Shown one piece after another: positions 40,911 to 50,725 of a DNA stretch of 64,000 nucleotides. Each line of letters opens with the position of its first letter. The first letter of the stretch is position 1. The notes under the pieces were generated by a model. The model was not told the origin of the DNA. It saw only the letters and a list, made by a program, of their open reading frames with translations, and did no database searches. Origin of the DNA: an uncultured bacterium (GTDB taxonomy: Bacteria > Verrucomicrobiota > Verrucomicrobiia > Limisphaerales > UBA8199). Both the position numbers and the translations under genes were made by a program. Where the stretch lies: the NCBI GenBank assembly GCA_963749495.1, contig CAVVMW010000021.1, forward strand, positions 352,001 through 416,000. Direction: 5' to 3'.

Positions 40911-41047
40911 TAGAGCCTGTCCCAAAAGCTCTGATTCCGGACCTTCGTCGCAGCCTTTGTCGGAACCTTTGTCGAGAAATGGCCAATCCGACAAAGGCTT
41001 CGACAAAGGTCTCGACAAAGGTCCCCCACTCGCGGGGTCTATGGGAC
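40911..41047. mobile_element. MITE-like element, inverted copy of 34547-34690
   Basis: Starts TAGAGCCTGTCCCAAAAGCTCTG; shares the core and CCCCCACTCGCGGGG. Confidence 0.6.
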
Positions 41048-41069
41048 TGAGGGTCCGGCGGGCGCACCG

Positions 41070-42107
41070 TCACCTGGGCCGGAACCAAACCGGTTGCTTG
41101 TTGCTCAGGCCGTTGGTGGTCAATAGGGCGAACTGGGAGGGCGTCGCCCGGTTCAGATCCAGGGTTCCGGATTGTCCGGCTGGGACCGCCGCCAGATTCC
41201 AGCCGGGCGCATAGACTCCGACAATGCCGGCTGCGGCTGCGAAGGTGCCGGGTTTTGTCGGATCACCCCGGCCGTCGGGGCCGCGGCTGAAGGCCAGGAA
41301 TCGTCCGTCCGGCAACCAGGCGGCGTGCAGGAGGCGGTTGGTCTGGTCCCGGATATGGAGACGCCATGGGCCCACAGCCGGGCGGTCCGCGTCCAGGTTG
41401 AGCGGGGCGACGGCGATTTCATGCTCGCCAGCAGACCAGGCGATCTGTTTGCCATCCGGACTCAAACGAGGGCGGCAGCCCGGGATTTGGAGGTCCAGAA
41501 CGCGGTTGCCCTGTGGCTCAATCAAGAGGATGGCATGGGCGAAGCCCATCCCTCCATCTACGGTGGCGATGATCCACTTGCCGTTTGGCGAGAAGGAACA
41601 ATTATAGAGGTGCCGGAGGTGCGGGCTATTGGGGTGGAGACGGACCGTTCCGGTCCGCAGGCCCACAAAGCTCATCCCCTTGGTGTAGTAGTCCATGACG
41701 TTGAACTTGGGGTACTCCTGGTTCAGAAAACCAATCTCCTTGTTGTCCTGCGTCCAGAAGGGCTCGCGGGCACATCGAGCGAGTTGGCGGCGGTTGGAGC
41801 CGTCGCTGTTCATCACGCAGAGCGCGCGGAGGGTGTCTCGGCCGGCCCCGCTATCCGCCAGGAAGGCGATCTGGGAGCCGTCGGGCGAGGCCTGCGGGTA
41901 ATGCTCGTGCTCGGTGAGCGTGCCCGTCAGGTTGGTCGGACAGGAGCCATCGGCGTTCATGGCGAAGATCTCCCAGTTGTCGTCAACGTAACATTCGTAA
42001 AGGATTTTGAAAGGGGCTTTGCCCAGAGTCTCCCGGAGTGTGGTCTGCGCGGCAGCAGTCCCAACCAAGGCAGAGAGACAGAGGGTAATAAGTGCCGGTC
42101 CGCTCAT
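41070..42107 (-). CDS. Secreted TolB-like (PD40) beta-propeller protein
   Basis: Signal peptide; NWEIFAMNADGS, SPDGSQIAF, FSPNGKW, SPDGKQIAW, WLPDGRFLAF; ATGA overlap with upstream gene. Confidence 0.8.
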   Translation of the reverse strand: MSGPALITLCLSALVGTAAAQTTLRETLGKAPFKILYECYVDDNWEIFAMNADGSCPTNLTGTLTEHEHYPQASPDGSQIAFLADSGAGRDTLRALCVMNSDGSNRRQLARCAREPFWTQDNKEIGFLNQEYPKFNVMDYYTKGMSFVGLRTGTVRLHPNSPHLRHLYNCSFSPNGKWIIATVDGGMGFAHAILLIEPQGNRVLDLQIPGCRPRLSPDGKQIAWSAGEHEIAVAPLNLDADRPAVGPWRLHIRDQTNRLLHAAWLPDGRFLAFSRGPDGRGDPTKPGTFAAAAGIVGVYAPGWNLAAVPAGQSGTLDLNRATPSQFALLTTNGLSNKQPVWFRPR

Positions 42108-44839
42108 TTTATCAGCCGGAAGTAGGCGGCGTTGGTGGGGGGGAGGACGAAAGGGCTTGCAGTGATGGGGCCCGGCGCGTTGGTCCAATCCGGGGGACCC
42201 GGGCCGAGCCCGCTCGCCTGCTGGAGGGTAAAGCCGTCCCCATTCCAATAGAGGGTCAGGAGGCCCTCCGAGAGCTGAAAACGCAACGCCGGCAGCGGCG
42301 GCCTGAGGTCGGTCCCGTAGAGTGCCGAGCCGAATGTAATGTCCTCGCTGTCCGGCTTGTAATTGTGGACTTCGACTGCCAGCACGTTGTCGCCCTGGAC
42401 CAGGCTGGCCAGGGAGTCGCCCTTCAGATTGAAGAGTACCGGGCAGGTTGCATCGCCGCTGCAGTTGTAGGCCACCGTCAAAGTATCGTTCGAGATGGCC
42501 ATGGGCGCCCGCGGCATGTTGTTCCGGTGGACCTCGGGGCCGTTGAGATAGAAGACTGCGCCGTCATCGATGTAATTGGAGAAGACCAACCCGGCTCCCG
42601 CCGTGCTGCGGGGAAAGTCGAAATGCGTGCGGAAGTAATAGGTGATGAAGGGGTAGCCCGTCGCCGGGTTGGCCGGCATCTGGGTGTTTTTGTTGTGGAC
42701 CAGCGGGTTGGGGCCGTTGGTCCGCACGTTGACCCAAAGCAGGCCGGGGCCGCCCGGCCAGGCCGAATCATCGTAACCCGGGCTCTGCCAACCGGTCCCA
42801 TCCAGGTCCGCGAAGCTGTATTTCCAGGCGTTTGTCACGTCGAACAGCAACAGAACATTCGACACAAAATTGGTTGTCGTGAACGTCCCGTCATAGGTGT
42901 AATCCAGTTCGCCGCAGACGGACCTGGCGCGGAAGTAGTAGAGCGTGCCGGCGGTCAGGTGGGTTAACGTGGCAACGTGGTCCAGGAGCGGTTGCGAGTT
43001 GGTGGCGCAGAAGCTGCCGAAATCCGGGCCAAGGCCATACTCGAGCTGCGTCGTGGCCGGGGCGGGAGTGCGCCAGGTGATATTGGCGGTCGTGTCGAAG
43101 GGCTCGATCTGCACATCCCCGATGAACCCGGGGAGGGGCAGGGTGAGCGGAGACAACTTCACCACGTCCGCCACGGCCCAGTTATTGGTCTGGTCTTTGG
43201 CGTTCACGACCATCTGCAGCACGTTGGCCACCGCGGCATCCAGCAGCGGCGTGCCCAGATAGACCCACTGGTTTGCCGGCAAGGGGTCTGCGAAGAACAC
43301 CGACAGCGCGTTGGAGCCGCCGGCCAGGAGGCTGAATTGGACCTGGCCCGCGGGATTGGGCACTGCGGGCACCTGGACAAAGATATTGTAGGAAGCGCTG
43401 GCCGTGATGGGCAGCACCCATTGGGCCAGGGCCGTGGCATTCGTTGCGAGGGAGCAGACCCGTGCATCGGTCCCCCAGGCGGCGGTCGAGGTCGAGGTCC
43501 ATTGGCCGCTCACCTCCTGGTAGGCGCTGTCCAGGTTGTCGAGGAACAAGTCGTCCGGGAGGCAGCGGACAATCCGCGTGGTTAGGTTGCCGGTCAGGTC
43601 GGTCACGGCAACGCCGTACTTGGCGATGAGCCCGCGCGCCACCGGCAGGACGGCCGTCCAGGCTTGGGTGTTGGTGCCGGTCTGCTGGCAGGGGACGATA
43701 CTGTAGTGCCCGTAAATGTTCTTGAGGGCGACAAAGGGCTGGGGCTGGAAGATCGGTTTGTCGGTGCCTAGCAGCAGGGTGAGAGTCTGGTCCTGGATAC
43801 TTTCGGCCAGGTCGAGTTGGGGCGGGGTCGCGTCTGAGGTGCCGCGCCAGCGTTGCATGGCTTCGATGGCGGTGCAGTAGCGGAATGGGACCTGCGGGTA
43901 GTTGGTGGCCGAATTGTGGATCAACTGGCCGGTGCTCAGCAGTTCGTCCGGGAAACCCGGCTCAGGCAGGTGTGACCAGAGCGACACGACCTGGTCGGTC
44001 CCGGCGGCGCTGGCGGCGAAGATCTGGTCCATCAGGGCTTGGGTCACCCCCTGCAGCTTGACCGAACGGACATTCCAGCCCGGGCTTTGCCCGGCGACCT
44101 GGTAATTGGTTGGCGACGGGTTGAAGGGGATAAAGTCCGACGGCGCTTGGGACCAATCGAGGACGTTGAAAACCGGCTCCCAGTTAGACCAGGGGTTGTC
44201 GAGCGGCCAGTCGTTGTCCATGCTGTAGAGCAGGAGTTGGTTGAGGTAGTTCTGCCACTCGTTGTCCATGTAATGCCAGCCGCTGCGAAACGAGACCGGG
44301 AAGACCTCCTCCTCGAGCAAACTCTGCGCCAGGGCCTGGTCGAAGTCCGCACGGCATGGGTGGAAGCTTTCCGCCTCGTTCCACCAATAGACGCCGTCGA
44401 GGTTGTAATCGCTCCAGTAAAAGGTGTGGTAATGCAGGGTGAGCTCGTCGCCGAACTGGCGGATGGCCTCGCCGTGATACTTGCGCATCAGGTAGAGCGG
44501 CATCAGGTTGGCTATCGGCACGTCCGTATTGTCGGCCTGCCCGTAGGCGCTGCCCACCAGCATCCACCACGTCATCTTAAGCGGGTTGCCGTAAAAATCC
44601 GCGAACTGCGCCCGAAAGGCCGGGTCCATCACCGCATAGGCGTTCTGGTCCGGCTGCGAGTAAAGAGCCGGGCTGAAGTGATTGTGGTAAACAGAGGCAT
44701 CAATGCCGCCGGGGACATTCCAGACCGCCGTATCCGACCCCAGCACCAGGTAAATGTTGCCCGGAGCTGCCCAGCCCAATGACATACCCCCCAGCACGAA
44801 CAGCGCCGCCAAAGCCCAGGACGCCAATCGAGACTTCAT
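42104..44839 (-). CDS. Large secreted multidomain protein (deacetylase/GH57-like barrel, golvesin-like and FN3-like domains, C-terminal Verrucomicrobia-type tail)
   Basis: Signal peptide MKSRLASWALAALFVLGGMSLGWAA; LHYH, SFRSGW, ADVVKL, GTLYYFRARS, DDGAVFYLNG, LAVEVH, FTLQ...YFRL. Confidence 0.6.
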   Translation of the reverse strand: MKSRLASWALAALFVLGGMSLGWAAPGNIYLVLGSDTAVWNVPGGIDASVYHNHFSPALYSQPDQNAYAVMDPAFRAQFADFYGNPLKMTWWMLVGSAYGQADNTDVPIANLMPLYLMRKYHGEAIRQFGDELTLHYHTFYWSDYNLDGVYWWNEAESFHPCRADFDQALAQSLLEEEVFPVSFRSGWHYMDNEWQNYLNQLLLYSMDNDWPLDNPWSNWEPVFNVLDWSQAPSDFIPFNPSPTNYQVAGQSPGWNVRSVKLQGVTQALMDQIFAASAAGTDQVVSLWSHLPEPGFPDELLSTGQLIHNSATNYPQVPFRYCTAIEAMQRWRGTSDATPPQLDLAESIQDQTLTLLLGTDKPIFQPQPFVALKNIYGHYSIVPCQQTGTNTQAWTAVLPVARGLIAKYGVAVTDLTGNLTTRIVRCLPDDLFLDNLDSAYQEVSGQWTSTSTAAWGTDARVCSLATNATALAQWVLPITASASYNIFVQVPAVPNPAGQVQFSLLAGGSNALSVFFADPLPANQWVYLGTPLLDAAVANVLQMVVNAKDQTNNWAVADVVKLSPLTLPLPGFIGDVQIEPFDTTANITWRTPAPATTQLEYGLGPDFGSFCATNSQPLLDHVATLTHLTAGTLYYFRARSVCGELDYTYDGTFTTTNFVSNVLLLFDVTNAWKYSFADLDGTGWQSPGYDDSAWPGGPGLLWVNVRTNGPNPLVHNKNTQMPANPATGYPFITYYFRTHFDFPRSTAGAGLVFSNYIDDGAVFYLNGPEVHRNNMPRAPMAISNDTLTVAYNCSGDATCPVLFNLKGDSLASLVQGDNVLAVEVHNYKPDSEDITFGSALYGTDLRPPLPALRFQLSEGLLTLYWNGDGFTLQQASGLGPGPPDWTNAPGPITASPFVLPPTNAAYFRLIK

Positions 44840-44910
44840 ATCGCGCACTTCGGTGGCGAGGCTAACCTTCTCAAGAACCGAAGCCAAGGAGAAAGATGCC
44901 CTCTCAGTTT

Positions 44911-45804
44911 TCAAATTCCCGGCTCTTCCGCCGGGATGTCGCACACGATGAAATCGGGTTCCTTGAATTTGGCCACGCGGAGGGCGGTGCCGTCCGGGCG
45001 GGCAACCAGCGAGCAGCCTGAGTGGAGCCGGTCTTTCCAGGCGCCGCCGCGGACACGCCCCAGGACGGTGTCGGTGGCGACGACCCAAAGGCCGGTCTTG
45101 GCGGCCACGTTGCGGATGTGGGCCTGGTAGTCGCGGGCGTTTTCTGGGAGCTTCGCCTGCTCGGCCGCGAAGCCGTGCGGAGCGATCAACAGCCAGGCCC
45201 CCTGTTCGGCCACCCGTTGCGGATTGCTCAGTGTGAAGTTGTCCGCGCAGATGGTCAGGCCGATGCGGCCAAACTCCGTCTCGCAGGTCTTGATGTCCTC
45301 CGGGCGGCCCGCGTCGTAGAGGTGGCGCGTCAGCCACGGCAGCGTGTCGATCTTCCGGTGCTTGAGCACGATGCGGCCGGCCCGGTCGATGAGCACCGCC
45401 GCGTTATAGACCTTCTCGCCGTCTCGTTCGAGGCAGCCCGCCGCAATCCAGAGCTTGTGGCGCCGGGCCAAATCCTGGAGCAGGCCGGTGTATTTGCCTG
45501 GAATGGGCAGGGCGTCACGCCGGGCCTGCTGGTGCAGCCAACCCCAGTCCGCAGCCTCCGGCAAGGCCAGCAAATCCGCCTTCTGCCGCGCCGCCTCGCC
45601 CGCCGCCTCAACTGCCAGGCGCATGTTCTGGTCGAGGTTGCCGTCTTCGACCGGCAATTGGGCCAGGGCGGCGCGCAGGCCGGGGTGCCGCCGCCGCCGG
45701 GGCTGGGCGGCCGGTTGCTCGGCCGCTCCCACATCCAAGCCCGAGACAACCAGCAGAACGCACGCCAGCGCCATCGATAAGTCAAGCCAGGGACAATTCA
45801 TCAT
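44911..45804 (-). CDS. Carbon-nitrogen hydrolase (nitrilase superfamily), with signal peptide
   Basis: LPEA (Glu), KHRKI (Lys), GLTICAD (Cys), YNAAVLID. Confidence 0.88.
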   Translation of the reverse strand: MMNCPWLDLSMALACVLLVVSGLDVGAAEQPAAQPRRRRHPGLRAALAQLPVEDGNLDQNMRLAVEAAGEAARQKADLLALPEAADWGWLHQQARRDALPIPGKYTGLLQDLARRHKLWIAAGCLERDGEKVYNAAVLIDRAGRIVLKHRKIDTLPWLTRHLYDAGRPEDIKTCETEFGRIGLTICADNFTLSNPQRVAEQGAWLLIAPHGFAAEQAKLPENARDYQAHIRNVAAKTGLWVVATDTVLGRVRGGAWKDRLHSGCSLVARPDGTALRVAKFKEPDFIVCDIPAEEPGI

Positions 45805-45997
45805 GTCGGCATTTTCGCTTGACCATGAAACCTCCGCACCCCCTTGTCGAGCCTGAACTCCGCGTTTTTGGGGTTTGCCAAACGCGGCCCACAATGGCAA
45901 AAAGGCCGCACCGCCCGGAAGCCAGGGCCCTGCAAATGCCCGATGATCGGAGTCGGGCAAAACCAGGCAGGCGGCCTGGGCACTGGGCGCCAATGCT

Positions 45998-48900
45998 ATG
46001 AAACGACTCGCATGTCTCGGTCTGGTCTTGTTCCCCTGGACGGTTTGGACCCTCGCCCAGGACAACTCATCCGCCGCCGCCGCAACCCAGGTCTTCCAGA
46101 TCGGCGTCGCGGATGGCGACTGCCGCGAATTCGCCCTGGCCGGCGATTACGCCTCCTACCGGCAACGCTTCCCGCACGATGTCGAATTTGTCGTCGGCAA
46201 GAGCAACGCCAGGCAGGATTGGCCCTGGATTCACCCGGGCCGGCCGACTCGTGGGCCGGGGGAGGCGCGCACGCCTTCAAGATCCGCTTCGAGTTGCCGC
46301 AGGCGCCCGCCGGGCATTACCGGCTCATCTTGGATTTCGTGGATACGCATGCCGGGCTGCCGCCGCGCCTTGCCATCGCCATCAATGGCACCTCCCTGAA
46401 GTTCAATCTGCCGCCCGGCCATGGCGATGAGACCTTGTCCAACTTCAAAGTGGGAAAGCACTATACGCTCGAGGAAGTTTTCCCGGCGTCGCTCCTGCAG
46501 GCTGGCACAAACCAGATCACGGTGGTCAATGAAGAGGGGAGTTGGGCGATCTACGACGCGCTCAGGCTGGAGAGCGGCGCGCCCGCCCCGGCCGAACCCC
46601 TCCGCTTCAGCGTCCAAGCGCCGCCATGGCTGAAGCGCTCGGCCCAAGGCCCGCGGCGCATCCTCAAGGCGGCTATCGAGAACCTGGCCGATGCCAACCA
46701 ACCGGCAACGATCAATTGGAAGGCGGGCGCAGCCTCCGGCCAGGAAAACCTCGAACTGCGTTTCGGCCACAATGAATTGTCCGTCCCGCTGCCCGAGGTC
46801 GAGCAGAAGACACCCGTCGAGGTGGCCCTCAAGACCGGCGGGAAGGTCTTCCGGGCCTCCGTGACGCTGCAGCCGACCCGGAGATGGCGCGTCTTCATTG
46901 TCCCGACAGTCCACACGGACGTCGGTTACACCGACTTCCAGGAATCGGTAATGAAGCGCCACGCGGACAACACCATGCAGGCGCTGGCCCTGGCCGAGCG
47001 ATACCCCGCCTTTGCCTGGGACTTCGAGACCTTCTGGCAGTTCGACAGCTTCCTGCGGGCGCGCCCGGAGAAGGCCGAGGCCGCCTTCCAGTTCCTGCGC
47101 CAGGGACGGATGGGATTGTCCGCCTTCTTCGCTAACATGCTGACCGGGCTCTGTTCGCACGAGGCCCTGAACCGCGCCACGCTGCCCGCGCGCAACCTCG
47201 CCACGAGCCACGGCTTTGATTTCACTTCGGTCATCCTGGATGACGTGCCCGCCGCCGTCGGAAGCCTGCCCACGGTGCTGGCGCACGCTGGCATCAAGTA
47301 CTTCATCGAGGGCGTCAACAACGACCGCGCCCCTTACGCCACGGAAGGACTCAAGAACCCCTTCTACTGGGAGGGCCCCGACGGTTCGCGCCTGCTCAGC
47401 CACATTGCCCCAGGGTATGCCATGGCCGGCGGCCTGCTTTCCTCGGTCGAGCAAGTCGCCGCCCAGTTGCCCGGCTTGCTGGCCGCCCACGAGCGCCCCG
47501 ATTATCCCTATGACGCCGTGCTCGTCAACGGCGCCTTCGGGGATAACCAGGGCGTGGCGTCCTGGGTGGCCGAGGTGGTCGAGAAATGGAACGCGGAATG
47601 GGAGTATCCCAGGCTCATCCTGGGGCGTCCGGAGGAGTTCTTCCGCTATGTCGAGGACAATTTTGCCGCCCGCATCCCGGTGGTCAAAGCGGACTTCGGC
47701 GCGTGGTGGGAGGATGGCGCCGGTTCGAGCGCCTTGGAGACCGCCCTCTGCCGCCGTGCCGAGGAGCGCGCGGTCACGGCCGAGATGCTTCACTCGTTGG
47801 CCGCCGTGCTGGGCGGGGCGAAGTACCCCAAGGAGGATTTCGATCAACTGTGGCGCAACGCGCTGCTCTACGACGAGCACACCTGGGGGGCCTGGTGCAG
47901 CATCTCTCAGCCGCAGTGCGAACAGACGATACGGCAATGGGATGTCAAAGGGGCCTTCGCGCGCCAGGCGGACGCGGCCTCGCGCCGGCTGCTCGACGAG
48001 GGCATGAGGAAGCTGGCGGGCTTGGTCCCGGCCGCCGACGTGGTGGTCTTCAATCCGTTGGCCTGGACGCGCAAAGACCTGGTGGTTATGAGCGGGCGCG
48101 CGGCAGGGACTGTCCAGGACCTGCAGAGCAACCAGGAGTTGCAGTGCCAGGCCCTGCCTGAAGGCGGCGCCTGCTTTATCGCGCCGGACCTCCCCTCGGC
48201 CGGCTATCGTTCTTATCGCCGCCTGGCCGACCGGCCGACACCCGCCCAGGGCCCGGCGCCCGCCTCCGAGTCTGTCATGGAAAATGAATTCTACCGGGTC
48301 AGCCTCGACCCGACGACCGGCGCAGTGAAGTCCGTGCTCGACAAGGAGACCGGGCGTGAATTGGTGGACGCGCAGAGCGAATATGGCCTGGGCGAGATGC
48401 TCTATGTCAGCGGCGGTGAAGGCAGTTACGCGGTGCATTCTGACCTGAGGGGGTTGCCGGCGCCGAAATTCAGCGTTCACCGGCAACGCTCCACACGCAT
48501 CCGGCAGGTCGATGGTCCGGTCTTTAGCGAACTGACGAGCCAGGCCGAAGGGGAAACCCTCCATGGCATCGCGTTGCGGGTGCGGCTCTATCACGGACTC
48601 AAGCGGCTCGATCTGCGCTGCGAGTTCGTCAAGCAAGAGACCAATGCCAAAGAGGCCGTTTATGTCGCCTTTCCGTTCGCGCTGGACTTGGAGGCCGGTG
48701 GATTATGGCTGGAGTATCCCGATGCCATTACCGAGCCGCTCAAGGACCAGCATCCCTCCGCCTGCCGGGACTGGTTCGCGGTGCAGCGCTGGGTGGCCGC
48801 CTCGGACGGCCAGGCCACCGTTGTGCTCTCGCCCCTGGACACGCCCCTCGTCACCCTGGGCGGCCTCACCGCTTCGACCTGGCCCCGCAAGCTGGCGCTC

Positions 48901-49380
48901 ACGCGCGCCCATGTCTTCGCCTATGTCATGAACAATTATTGGCACACCAATTACAAGGCCAACCAGGGCGGCCGGCACGTCTTCCGCTTTTCTCTCACCT
49001 CCGCCGCAGGCGGCTTCTCCAAACGCGATGCGCTCGCGCGCGGCTGGGAGATGTTCTGTCCGCCCGCAGCGGGGCAGGGGACAGGACCACACGAGGCGGC
49101 GCTCCCGGCTCCTGCCGCAGACCTGCTCCGCATCGAGCCATCTGGCGTGCCCCTGCTGGCCTTCAAACAGGCCGAGGATGAAAAGGGCTTTGTCCTCAGG
49201 GTCTGCGATTTCGCCGGAGTGGGGGGCGACGTGAAACTGACCTTGCCTAAACCCGCCGCGGAGACCTTCGAGTGCAACCTCGTCGAGGCCAATGCCACCC
49301 GGCAGGATGGCCGGGGCAAAACCGTCAGTGCGCCGCTCAGGAGGTTTGCACCCAAGACCATCAAGGTCCGGTTCGAGTGA
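45998..49380 (+). CDS. GH38 alpha-mannosidase-like glycoside hydrolase with N-terminal beta-sandwich domain, apparent frameshift near 46240
   Basis: Signal peptide; HTDVGYT, FYWEGPDGS, WWEDG, YDEHTWG, VFNPLAW.R, MNNYWHTN, KQAED. Confidence 0.8.
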
Positions 49381-49510
49381 CGTGTCCCTCCGGGACAAAG
49401 TTCAACCCCACGTGGTGCAGGGAGCTCAGAGGGCGCTTTCTGCTCAGGCTGCCGAAAAGTGAACAGAGTCAGGCGCCTACGCAAAAGGGATGTCGGATTG
49501 TGAGAAGGGG

Positions 49511-49790
49511 GGTCCACGGCTACCTTTTCTGCGTCGCCCCGCAACGCGCGCGCCGCTCCCGGCTCACCGCGTAGCGGTGCCCGATGGTAGCCGCGGACTT
49601 CCAGTCCACGGACCCATGGCCCAAGCTCGACAGCGTCGCGTAGCGACGCCTGAAAACCGCAACGCTCTCAGGCGTCGCTACGCGACGCGTGACCATTCCC
49701 ACGCCCCGAACCGTGGACCGAGGTCCACGGCTACCTTCACTGCGTCGCTCCGCGACGCGCGATGATTCGCACGCCCCGAACCGTGGACCG
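49511..49790. repeat. REP-like family C cluster
   Basis: Multiple GTCCACGGCTACC and CGTCGCGTAGCGACG units in both orientations. Confidence 0.8.
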
Positions 49791-49879
49791 AGAGGGCTCG
49801 GGTGAGCGGCCCACCGGGGACTGCCTCCGCCTTCACTGACCGATTACCACCTGGCACATTATTTGCTCGACAGCGCGGC

Positions 49880-50491
49880 GTGATTACAACCGAATCCCTG
49901 GTTCCCGGCAAGGCTTACCCCCTCAGCGCCCCGGCCCGCTCCTTCGTCACCGGCTCCGAGCGGCGCGTTCTTCGCGTCTGGGTGGCGGACGACAATGCCG
50001 CCCTGCGCGTGCTCTTCGCACAGTTGTTGAACCAGCAGCCCACCCTCCGCTGCACGGGCCAGTTTCCTTCGGCCAATGCGGTCCTGGCTGCACTGGCCGA
50101 GGAGCGGCCGCCGGACGTTGTTCTCCTGGACGCAAATCTCCAGGGCCAGGGCGGTTTACGAGCGATTCGGCGCATCAAGAAGATGGCCCGTTCGGTCAAG
50201 GTGCTGATGTTGGCCATGTTCAGCAGCAGTTGGTCTGAGTTGCAGGCCCTCCGGGCAGGGGCGAGCGGCTTTCTGCTCAGGAGCTACGAGTTCGATGATA
50301 TCGTGAGGCTCATTCGCGAGGCTCACCGCAACCCCGGCGCCCCGTGCCTGTTTCCCAGCCTGCCCCTGCGCCAGGCGGCAGAGTCCAAACAGGCCGCTCA
50401 GGAGGGCATTGCCCGCGCTGCGGAGGAGGACTTCAGCCTGGTCGCTGCCTTGCGGGGACTGTGCGGCGTCCAGCGGCGGCAGAGGATGTGA
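49880..50491 (+). CDS. NarL-type receiver-domain protein without obvious HTH (start uncertain)
   Basis: VADDN, PDVVLLD, KVLML, AGASGFLL. Confidence 0.65.
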   Translation: MITTESLVPGKAYPLSAPARSFVTGSERRVLRVWVADDNAALRVLFAQLLNQQPTLRCTGQFPSANAVLAALAEERPPDVVLLDANLQGQGGLRAIRRIKKMARSVKVLMLAMFSSSWSELQALRAGASGFLLRSYEFDDIVRLIREAHRNPGAPCLFPSLPLRQAAESKQAAQEGIARAAEEDFSLVAALRGLCGVQRRQRM

Positions 50492-50509
50492 CACAGACCG
50501 CTGCTGCAC

Positions 50510-50621
50510 TGCACCGGACTTTGAGTGACTTTCGCGATCGTTGTCGAAAACGGGGACAATTCGACAAAGATTGCGACAAACGTCGCGACAAAGGCACCAA
50601 GGTCATCCAAAGTCCGGTGCA
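50510..50621. mobile_element. MITE-like element with perfect 14-bp TIR TGCACCGGACTTTG around CGACAAAG repeats
   Basis: TGCACCGGACTTTG at 50510-50523 and CAAAGTCCGGTGCA at 50608-50621. Confidence 0.65.
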
Positions 50622-50725
50622 ATAGACGGCTGCTGGGACCTGGGGAACGCGACCCTCTGGGCCGGCTTCAGTTCTTCCTTCGTTTCCTTCGTTTCCTTTG
50701 TTTCCTTCTGTTCTCTTCCTTCTGT

